Below, one piece after another: positions 1-10,700 of a stretch of DNA of 39,483 nt. The notes under the pieces were generated by a model. The model made no database searches. It saw nothing but the letters and a program-made list of their open reading frames with translations, and was not told where the DNA came from. Made by a program: the position numbers and the translations under genes. This DNA is from Catajapyx aquilonaris (Eukaryota). The stretch is taken from contig KZ538992.1 in NCBI GenBank assembly GCA_000934665.2, forward strand, positions 1 to 39,483, read 5' to 3'. The stretch's first letter is position 1. The number at the start of each line of letters is the position of its first letter.

Positions 1-863
1 TGGTTCAAGGTGACTACGTCGAAAAGTCGTAATAAAATTTTGACCATCAAACATGTCTTTCAACATCAGGCTCAGAACTTATTGGACGACCCTCGTATAT
101 ATCAAAAGAAAGGGAAACACCAGGACAATGCGCCTATGGAATTAGTATTCCTCTAAAATGTAAAATTTTTTATAGCATTTCATTGGTCACTTGCTCAGTC
201 ACATGCCCAAGAATATATTGTGACCTCAACAATCGTACCGTTTACACTTATACAAAAACGTATCACTGGTTCGGGCTGTCCTGCGGAGAAAACCCTTACA
301 CAGTCCTGGAAATACACTGCGACAACTGTGAAAAACAACGATTCTTGATTTAAGTGTCGTATCTCCCAAAATTTGAGTTTTCTCAAAAGCTGTACGTGAC
401 AAGAGCCATTCTGACTTCAGATCTGGGTTCAGGACACCTTAATCTATACAGTCCATCTGCTTTTATCCAAAATAGGATTTTTATGCAGAACATGTTGACG
501 TCACAATATATTCTTGGGCATGTTACTGAGCTAGTGACAAATGAAATGCTATAAAAATTTATTTTTACAGTTTAGAGGAAACCTAATTCCATAGGCGCAT
601 TGTACGGGTGTTTCCCTTTCTTTTGATGTATATGTTCATTGGGGTTTGACCACTTGGACTAACTGAAAAAAAAAATCTCCAAAAAAGGCCTCATTCTCAG
701 CCATTTCCAGATGTTTGCGATTTTTCCCCTCATCATAGTATTGAGCAATATGGCTGAATTTTTATAGGCAGCATTAAGGAATAGAGGAGTACATCTGGGA
801 TTATTTTCACTAAGATCCGAGACGGTCTAGCAACATTAGGCCCACTTGATTCGGAATGACCCC
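1..863. mobile_element. Non-autonomous DNA transposon fragment(s), left end outside window
   Basis: Internal inverted repeat ~96-230 vs ~493-634; terminus cccacttgattcggaatgacccc (841-863) recurs at 39276-39298. Confidence 0.6.
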
Positions 864-1107
864 TAGTAAACCGTCCAAAGTTTTAAAACGGTATATCTCA
901 AAAACTGTGGGTGATAGAGCAAATCTTTTGCCGGATTCGGATTCAGCACCCTAAATTCCATAAAAAGCACATAAAAGTTTTCAAAAGAGCGAAAGAGAGT
1001 GTTTTTTTGCAGAACCATGTAATTTTTGAACCTGGGGTTTTGGTCAATATCTCGTCAACTGTGCAAGATATCGCAAAAATAAAGACATTTCACCCATGGA
1101 AGTGAAA

Positions 1108-1199
1108 AAAATCTAGGCGATGGAGGTATAGCTGGTACTGTACCTGGCGGTCGAGTTCTCATCACCTAGATTCTAGGCGGCTGGGGCTCAAGGGGTTAA
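1108..1199. mobile_element. Terminal fragment of the piggyBac-like family seen at 13332-15748
   Basis: tctaggcgatggagg...gtcgagttctcatc.cctagattcta...aggggttaa matches 15668-15751 and the reverse complement of 13332-13410. Confidence 0.7.
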
Positions 1200-1431
1200 T
1201 GAGATTAAAAAGATGTAAGAGAGTAGGTCTGCGTCTTCGGCAGCTCTAAGGCAGTTTTGATTGTGGCTGATAAGTGATAAACTTGTTACAGGCTGCAACA
1301 CTGCACCAGACAAAATGGGATAATCGTGCTCAGAATATTTCTAATATTTCCTTTGAACTTATACCAACAGCATAGTTGGACGGTGTTATGCAATAATGTG
1401 TCAACCCGCAAAAATGTCAAAATTGAGTTAA

Positions 1432-1938
1432 GGGGGCGCATGAGTAAAAATACGGTAGGCGCATTTTTGAGGGAATTTTATTTTTTGTGGCGAAACGGAC
1501 GGTTAATCGGAAAAATCACGCCGCAGGTGCCCTGCGGAAAGGTTTGGCCTTTACTATGGTACCATACTCGATATGATCGCATTAAAATTGTGGACATACG
1601 GGCGCCGAAGCGTTCCCGAATTTGTCGCGTTCCTGCCGCCATGTTATTCAAATGGGCTTCTCGGGAACTCCATTTTCCTTTCACTTCAACTCGATGAAAA
1701 GGTCACTTCTAGGCCGAAAATGGTAAAATGACGCCGAAGGTGCCCTGCGCCAGATCATGTCCTATTTTTTGGTGTAATTTTTGTGTCCATTGCTCCATTT
1801 TTGTGGCCGTAAGGCCGCCGAAGCGTGGACATGTCGAATCCCGATATGCTGTCCATACAAACGCGAGTTTGTTTACGTGGTCGCCAAGGGCTCGCATTGT
1901 TACCGATTGTTACCGTATTTTTTTGCTAATGCGCCCCC
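1432..1938. mobile_element. Kolobok-type MITE
   Basis: TTAA on both sides (1428-1431, 1939-1942); TIR gggggcgcat..gtaaaaatacggta; internal direct repeats (aaaat.acgccg.aggtgccctgcg). Confidence 0.8.
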
Positions 1939-2151
1939 TTAAGCCCAGGAACATGTACATAAAGGATCCTACTTCACTCAGTTAAAATGACGCTGGCGAA
2001 ATCTGCATACTTCTGCCACAAAGGATCGAAAAGAACATTAAATTAATTTCACAGGTATGATCTTCAAAGCCCTTTTTCTCAAAACTGTTCTCATGTGGGT
2101 GGACTCATTATTACATACCACCATCCAGTTGTGGTTGCATCTTACCAGGTA

Positions 2152-3562
2152 CAGTACCGCTCATAAAGAATGGTACGACTCTATGGACAAAATGTTTATT
2201 CTGTTCCCAACCCCTGGGTCACCAGCATGTTTTTAGGGGTCATGAGGACGGCTGGGAAAAGGCAATTAAAATCAAGAAAAAAGAGAAGAAAAAAACAAGG
2301 CAAAGTAAGAAAATTTAAGGGGGGAAATTCATCTCAAATCTATGTAAACATTGTACCAGGTAGAACATTTTGGTAATAAAAAATTTCGGAAAAAGTCGGG
2401 AGGGGGTCATATGGGTCGCCAGACATCTACTATCCGTTTATTTAATATAGAGCCCTGTCTTTGAATCTAAACAACTCCTACGCAAATTATCCAAAAAAAT
2501 AATGGTATCTATATCGTTGGAAAGCTTGTTTAAATCCACGTTACACATATGCGAGTTGTTTTCCTATCGTCAGTCTCTAATTTTTCATCGTAAAAAGAAG
2601 GCGGAAAAGTGTCATTTTTTGACTAGTTGCAGATGTTACACTGCAAAGTGAATTTTTTATGACACCTTCAGGAGGCCAAAGAAATCCACCTGTGAACCCT
2701 GGATAGTGCACATCTTTGTCTATCTAATGATATATTTGAAACATTGAGATTGCCATTTCTGAAATAATAATGAAGTTAATTGCACACCTCTGTTATCTCG
2801 GCTATTTGTAATCCGAATTACTTCGCGAATGTATCGACGGCAAGCCCGAAATGTGCGTGATAAGATTACACCATACTCTATTACACTAAATTCCTTAAAA
2901 GTATTTAAAAGTATCGCCGTCTATTCCCACCAGAAAGTGGGCTAGGTCCTTTTCTATTAACTTACTAAAACAATACTTTTAAAGAATTTAGTGTAATAGA
3001 GTATGGTGTAATCTTATCACGCACATTTCTGGCTTGCCGCCAATACATTCGCGAAGTAATTCGGATTACAAATAGTCGAGATAACAGAGGTGTGCAATTA
3101 ACTTCATTATTATTACAGAAATGGCGATCTCAATGTTTCAAATATATCATTAGATCTTATTAGACAAAGATGTGCACTATCCAGGGTTCACAGGTGAATT
3201 TTTTTGGCCTCCTGAAGGTGTCATAAAAAATTCACTTTGCGGTGTAACATCGGCAACTAGTCAAAAAATGACACTTTTCCGCATTCTTATTATACGATAA
3301 AAAATTAGAGACTGACGATAGGAAAACAACTCACATATATGTAATGTGGATTTAAACAAGCTTTCTAACGATAGATACCATTATTTTTTTGGATAATTTG
3401 CCTGGGAGTTGTTTAGAGTAAAACACAGGGCTCTATATTAAATAAACGGATAGTAGAACAAGTTGTCCATAGTGTCGCGACGAAATCAGGTTGGGAATAA
3501 TGCTGGATATCAGAATAAACACGTCGTCCATGGAGTCGTACCATTCTTTATGAGCGGGACTG
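2152..3562. mobile_element. Tc1/mariner-type MITE interrupted by a fold-back element
   Basis: TA-flanked TIRs cagt.ccgctcataaagaatggtacgactc.atggac at both ends. Confidence 0.8.
2426..3457. mobile_element. ~1 kb fold-back (palindromic) element, copy 1
   Basis: Arms ~2426-2900 and ~2975-3457 are reverse complements with few mismatches; termini tactatccg / cggatagta. Confidence 0.85.
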
Positions 3563-3623
3563 TACATGACATACTGCTGAAAAAATTCCAGTCAGCAGTG
3601 TACCTTTCTTGTTAGATCACCCT

Positions 3624-3749
3624 GGGCCGGTTTCACCAAGCCCGGTTTTGATAAAACCCTGGTTCTTTAGGAAAATCCCTATTCTATTTGCAGGGAGTTG
3701 CCGAAAGAACAGGGGTTTTATCACAACTGGGCTTGGTGAAGCCGGCCTC
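3624..3749. mobile_element. Short MITE, possibly Harbinger-like
   Basis: TIR ggccggtttcaccaagccc.gtt.tgataaaacc / ggttttatcacaactgggcttggtgaagccggcc; CTG next to both ends. Confidence 0.7.
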
Positions 3750-3773
3750 CTGTGTTATTATATGCAGCATTTT

Positions 3774-3990
3774 CCACACCTGGGCTCCTACATTCGATTT
3801 CCGGATCAGGAGAGGATTATCTCATTTTTTAAATGTTTCAATGGGTTCTCTCCATGTGAGCATGGGTTTTCCCATTTTCTCCCACTCTCACTATCCATCA
3901 CAGCAGTCACTGAATAAAATCAGTCATTTAAAAAAAATATCCTCTAAAAGGCCCCAATAGGCCTACCAGGGGGATGCATCATCATCATCA

Positions 3991-4036
<46 letters not shown>

Positions 4037-4048
4037 CATTATTATTAT
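3774..4048 (+). mobile_element. 5'-truncated SINE, same family as 13602-13903
   Basis: Shared body gtttc.atgggttctctcc.tgt...tgggtttt...atccatcacagc; stem-loop tail followed by (ATC)n(ATT)n; approximate TSD tatgc.gc. Confidence 0.7.
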
Positions 4049-4142
4049 TATGCGGCTTTTCAGATACAAAATGATGCTTCGCGATATGAACATTTGTGAG
4101 ACAAGAAAGAACTAACTGCACCTAGAACAGTACAAAACTCAC

Positions 4143-4700
4143 ATCATCTAAATTGTCCATATCTTCAGCAGTGTCTTCAAAGGTGGGCAACACATCAGGT
4201 GGCCTGTGCCTCATGGTGTGGCGAGGAGGAGTCCCTGAGATAGAACCCGTAAAAGAAGTGTTCATCACACTTCTCTCATTATGGTTCCTAGCTGGCGTGA
4301 GATCAGAAACACCTGGTGGTGACATTGCATCCCGACCACTTCCTCCTCCTCCGTCATCCTCATCATCTTCACCTACAGGGGGTCCATACAACACAGACGC
4401 ATCCCATGATGCTTTTCCACTCATGTCCCTCAGTATGACACGAACTTGAGAGGAGGCTGTCCTAAGTCCTGCAGTGGCCCCTCCTCCAGGGACCTCCAGT
4501 GCAGGTAGCTCAACAAGGGACATGAGAGTGCTGGAGTTGAGTACAAAGAATTGGATATTTGGGGCATGGAAGACATCCAGGCACAGTTCATCACAAGTCA
4601 GATGAGGGACATCATCATGCTCTGACACCAAGGAACTGTTGCGAGATGCACCAATGCCCATTGGAAAGTGTCCGAGGTGATTCAGGAGATGGGTAATTAT
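4143..4700 (-). CDS. RALGAPA1: RalGAPA coding exon ([14 protein letters not shown]...[20 protein letters not shown]...DMDNLDD)
   Basis: ttgcag / gtgagt, phase 0-0, 558 nt. Confidence 0.95.
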
Positions 4701-7700
4701 CTGCAAATAGAAGAATACGGTGCGTGTGCGGGAGGGTGTTGGCAAACAAAGGGAGGAAGGGAATTAGTATCCATTTATCTAATATAGAGGTCTGTGTTTG
4801 ACTCGAAACAACTCCCAGGCAAATGCTCAAAAAAAAAATGACGTTATACAGGGTTGGGCAAAATGTATGGCCTGATTTGAATCACGTGGTACTATGATGC
4901 TGTTTGAGCATGCAGGGGATATTGTCATGTGCTGGAGTGGGGAAGGTTTGCCATTTGCAAAAATTGTGTCGTGGTCGCCAGAGCACTGTGCATTCTTTGT
5001 GGAGACTTATTTTAAAATTAACGAGTTCCCCATAGCTCTACGAAGGATATTTCTTAGCCATTTTGAACTGGGATATCAGGACGAAGTTATCAACCACCAA
5101 ACAAACATAAGATGGGTGAAGCAATTCCTGAACACATCATCATGCCTGGACCAGAATAGCACTGTCCAACGGAGTCCTTGGACAGTGCTATTCTAGGACA
5201 CAACGGACCCCCACCCAAAGGGTATTCAACACACAACTCCGAATTCCTGGGCTATTGGCCGTTCCAAGCGTCCAAAAAGGTTCTTCGGGCCACTTTGTCC
5301 CTTGCTTTCAATTGTTGCACAGCTTGATCTTGTAAGGATATAAGTGCAGGACATCATGGATGATGTAGCACAGGGAGTGTGCCAACATTCATAGTGCCAA
5401 GGCGTGCCTAACTGCTGATCACTAAGGACTTCGGAGGAGCGCATTGTGGACATCTTGGGAGGGTCGGCTATGTCCTTGGATGTCCAGTGTTTTTTTTTTG
5501 TTTCTGATGCTGTGTCCCGGAACTGCTTCACCCCCCTCATGATTGCCTGATGGTCGGGGACTTGGTTCTGACGTCCCAGCCCAAAATGGTGAAGAAAGAT
5601 CCTTCGCACAGCTCTGGTGGAGTCATTATTTTTAAAATAAATCTCCATGATGACTGCATGGTGCTTTGCAGACCAAGACACCATTTTTGCAAATGGCAAA
5701 CCTTCCTTACTCCAGCACATGCCCATATCCCTTGCATGCTCAAACAGCACCACCGTACCACGTGATTCAAATCAGGCCATACATTTTGCCCAACCCTGTA
5801 TATATCTTTCGAAAGCTTGTTTAAATCCACATTACATAAATGCGAATTGTTTTCCTATCTTCAGTCTGTAATTTGTTATCGCAAAAAGGAGGAGGAAAGG
5901 TGTCATATTTCGACTAGTTGCCGAACTTACGCCGCAAAATGATTTTTTTTCTAACACCTCCCAGAGGCCAAAAAAATCCCCTGTGAACCCTGGATAATGC
6001 AAATCTTCGGCTATTTATTGATATATTTGAAACTTAGAAATCACCATTTGTGTAATCATAATTAAGTATAATGCACACCTCTTCTATCGAGACCAGTGGT
6101 TCCCAACCTGGGGGTCACAAAGCCTTTTCCAGGGGTCGCGCATTGCCGCGGTTATTTTGATGAATTAAAAATAAATTTAATTTCCAAAACAAATAAAATA
6201 AATTTTACAGGAAATTTCACCATTGTTTTTTTCAACACCCACTAACACTCTGGGAGGGCGGGGGGGNGGGGGGGGGTGGTGTCGTAGGTTACTTGACTAT
6301 TATGAAAGGGGGTCGTGACCCGTAAAAGGTTGGGAACCACTTATCTAGGCCATTTCTCATCCGAATTACTTCACAAATGTATCGACAGCAAGCCAGAAAT
6401 GTGTGCGATAAAATTACACCAAGCTCTATTACACTAAAATTTTAAAAGTCTTGTTTTAGTGAGTTTAATAGACAAGTACCCAGCCCGCTTTCTGCTGGGA
6501 ATAAACGGCGACCCTCCCGCTATCTGTAGTGGGGTAGGAGGGCCAAGAAGCAAGAGGATCGACATTTGACACAAGACTTTTAAAATTCTAGTGTAATAGA
6601 GCACGTATAATTTTATCGTGCACATTTCTGGCTTGCTGTTGATACATTCGTGAAGTAATTTGGATGAGACACAGCCTAGATAGAAGAGGTGTGCATTATA
6701 CTTAATTTTTTTTTTTTTAAATTACCCCTATGCTAACCATGTTGGTCTTAAGGGGGGAAAGGAGGTTCCGAAGAGGGGGGCTCTGTATGATATAACTGTA
6801 ACCACCAGACCTTTTCTCCGGGCCCTGGGCAGAGTAGGGAGTGCAATTCTGCCCAGGCATGTCGGGTGAAAAGCGGAAAAGACCCGGCCAAGCAGAGGTG
6901 ACGGGGACGGGATTTGAACCCCGGCCTCCCGCTTGGCTGGCCAGCGGCGTAGCCGCTAGACCACCATGCCTCCCCACATTATACTTAATTATGATTACAC
7001 ATAAGGCAATTTCTAAGTTTCAAATATATCATTCAATAGACAAAGATTTGCACTCTACAGGGTTCACAGGGGGAATTTTTCGGCCTCCAGAAAGTGCCAG
7101 AAAAAAATTTCATTTTGCGGCGTAACGTATGCAACTAGTCAAAAAATGACACCTTTCTGCCTTCTTCTTCACACACTAATGATAGGAAATCAACTCGCAT
7201 ATATGTAACGTGGATTTAAACAAGCTTTCGAACGATGTATAACATTAATTTTTTTGATCATTTACATGGAAGTTGTTTCGAGTCAAACACAGGGCTCTAT
7301 ATTCAATAAACAGATAGTAGTAATGTCAAACTAGTGTCAGAAACCCTATAAGCATTCATACACTTGTAACACTTGTGCAGTGAAAGAATTATTTTCTAAA
7401 GAATGAAATTCTAATCAATTTTCTGACAGAACAGGTTTTCAGACTGGGCTTCTAGCTTTTATTATCTGCTATTTGACGCACAGAAAGATAGGCATTTTTA
7501 GTCCATTCAGAGGTCATCAAGATTAGCTTATTCATACTACTACTATTACTACTACTACTACTACTGGAATAGGCATCTCACTTTATGAACAACAATTACC
7601 ATGTTCTTGTGGAAATTACTAGTTTTATGCCCATAACTTTTATGTGTTAAATTCCTACCGTCCGAGCAGCAAGGCCAATGGTAGACCATTCTCTTGTCCT

Positions 7701-10700
7701 TCCCCTTCTTGAGTTGCTGCTGCATTCACCTTTTGTCTCTCTCCCAGGTGCCTCTGCTTTGCTCTCCTGACTTGAAGCAGATGACAACACAGCAGAGGTG
7801 CTGTCCTTGATGACACCTTCTTCTTTCAGAAGACCCTGGACATCAAGATCAACCAAGTCTCTTCCACTTCTTTCTGCTTGGTTCACCTTGGCTTGGACTC
7901 CTTCAGCCACCATGTTCAATACCTGCAGATCACCTTGTGTTAGAGTCATGCTATATATAGATATTTTGTCACCAACCATGGATTTTGCTGTTTTCTGCAG
8001 ACTACATGTAGCATGTTATATAGTATTGCAAATTACATCATAATTATGAACATTTAAAAACTACTTCCTAAGCTAAAATTTACTTTTCCCTACTGTCCAG
8101 CACCACAGCTACTACTACAAACTACATTTTCCAACAGACATGCACAACATGCTTACTTCACCATCACCCAAACTGTCCATATTTTGCACAACGATTTTTG
8201 GAACAGAGAGCACAGCATGCTGCTCAACACCACACACCTTGTGAAGTGCCTATCAATAGAAAAAAACCAGATATTACAAGCATGCATGATATGTACAAGA
8301 GAAAAAACATTTAATACACTTGACTCCGGATATAACAGCCTCGGTTATGACAGACTCGAAAAGCTGGACCCCGCAAACTTCCATAAGGCCTTATGTATCT
8401 TTATTTCTGATATAACAACTCATTTTCACCTCACCAGACCCTTTTTTGGCCCCTCGGAGGGAAAATATGCTGTTTTTGATTATTCAGATAACTTTCCCAC
8501 TCACAGGAAGGCAGAGAATACTGGAGGGGAGTGATTTTCGCATCTGTCACAGATCTAAGCTACTCGAAATCATTCTTTTTCTGGTATATCTGGCAAGAAT
8601 GACATGTCAGACGAACATTTCTGATTTTTTTGGTCGTCCCTAATTTACAGGTGAGCTAATTTTGCATTTTGTCGATAGTTTCATTAATAAATGCAGTAGT
8701 GTGCATTTTAAGCATTTGGAAAGCAGTAAACTTTGTGTATTCATTGCAAAATTGGCCATTTGGTTATAACAGACCTCGGTTATAGCATACTTTTTTCCGC
8801 GGTCCCTTGAAGTCCAGAATCAACTGTACTTGATGCATCATACCCTATTATTACATCATGCTATCAATAACAATAGAAGATTAGTATGGATCCAGTATAA
8901 TCCACATTTTGACATATTCTAGACCTATAGTTCACAAAATTCACTAAATTAATTTCAATTTCACTTGGGGAGGCGGCCGTGGGATCGGGTGGGTGGGGAG
9001 AGCCCCGACGCTCGGTACGTGGCGGAGTAGGGCCTGCATGCCTTAACTTAGGGCGGGAGTGAAGTCGACTGGGCGGCCAGGGTGTCGGAGTGGCCGGACA
9101 GGATCCTGCTGGCCAGCACATGGTGGCTTGGGGTACCTGCCACCCTGTCCATCGTCAGAGATGGGCAGGGTTGGGAAGAGGGGAGAGGGAGGAGGTGGTG
9201 GGACGGGTAGTTTATAGTTTATTTTTATAAGTTTCAATTTAGTTCATATGTGGGATTAACTTGTGTCTACCTTCATCACTGACTACCCCTTATAGGGAAT
9301 TGTCGTGATCGTGTTGTTCTTTTTTGGTGCAACTCTGCCTTAACCAAGATTCATTCAAAGGTCTAATGAAGCATTTCACGTGAAAACACTAAGTACAGGC
9401 TGGTGGTACTAATGAAACTGATGGCATTCCGAGCCATCTGTAGCTCATTTTAACAACCAGAATGGCACCAAATGTCGTAGGGGGACTAATGAAGACATGG
9501 CAAGAAGTTGTCTGTGATTTAAAAAAAAAAAAAAACTGGTTTCAAAAGTCGCCAATAGGGGGAAATGTGGCACTGTGCAATGTAAAAAAAAAAAGAGAGT
9601 TCATATGCACAGGCAAATGAATAACAAAGACGAAACTGAACTAAAACACAGCCCTTTATTTAGCACATTCACTTCCCTCATACGGAAACAAACCAGTTTC
9701 AATATGCCACCATTCTTAAGGTCCATAAAATGCATCCTGTGCGCAACATCTTTACAGCTGAACATAACATGTCTGAAGGAATGCTAATCACAGCCCGTGA
9801 TACATTGCCCGTTAAGGTAGCCAAGTTTGGGACCCCACCAAGACAGATCTTGGACTACAAGTAACCCCATAGCCAGAAGTTGCATGGCGTTAGATCCGGG
9901 GACCGAGGCAGCCATGCAATCAGAAAGAAGTGACTGATGGCTCTTTCATCTGCGAAGGATGCCATAGAAGCTGCTGTACCATTCGAGCACTGTGTGGTGG
10001 TGCTCCAGCTTGCATAAAAATGAGCTCATCCAGACATTGCCTTTGCTAAAGTTGCGGAATGACTAAACTGGTCAGCATCTTGCAATATTTGAAGGTTACT
10101 GGTCCTGTTGAAGTGATTTTATCAACAAAAAAAAAAAAAAAAAAAAAAANAAAAAAAAAAAAAAAAAAAAAAGTCCTACAATGAAATCTGCTGTGAAGCC
10201 ACACCAAACACTTTTTGGTGAATGTAAAGGCCCATTCACACCGGCCATCAATGGTCTTGTCTACGGTCACGTTGACACCGCCGCCGCCGACCAATCAGAG
10301 TAGGCCCTCGCAGGCAAAGAGGAAGCAGAAAATGGTCATCGACATAGGCTGTTAAATCTGTTTTTGTTGCGGTCTTGGTCAATCACAAACTCCGACCGGC
10401 CAATAGGAGGACGTGCTTAGGCAGGGCGAGTGCGCACTGATTCAACGCTAAAGCCTGCTCCACACTGGCTGAGTTTCTCCGATAGGGATATTTCCAGACG
10501 AGAAATTAAGCCAGTGTGGAGCGCGACTCCGATCCAGTTTGTGATGTCACCATGCGGATTTCAACTTTCAGCCGATTTTCTATTTTCTCCAACGGAGTTG
10601 GGCGGGATTTTTCCGTATGAGAAACTCAGCCAGTGTGGAGCGGGCTTAACGGAAACGTGTAAACTACCACTTCTGAAAAAAGAAGAGGGTTGCCGCGCCA

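Larger units (their letters stand above)
4765..7319. mobile_element. Fold-back element, copy 2, carrying three nested insertions
   Basis: Sequence at 4765-4846, 5800-6093, 6343-6707 and 6977-7319 matches the arms of copy 1. Confidence 0.85.

Noticed and set aside
1326..1985. Overlapping 60-120 aa ORFs on both strands
   Set aside because: They lie in a TTAA-flanked MITE with internal repeats and show no protein motif
1..4142. Further RalGAPA exons (GAP domain)
   Set aside because: No homologous frame found; the region is almost entirely TE-derived, so the next exon is probably beyond the window edge
6841..6977. tRNA-like sequence as a real tRNA gene (also 13830-13900, 14070-14135, 28100-28165, 35385-35455)
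   Set aside because: Each is followed by a SINE body and tail, most with clear TSDs; cloverleaf pairing is incomplete
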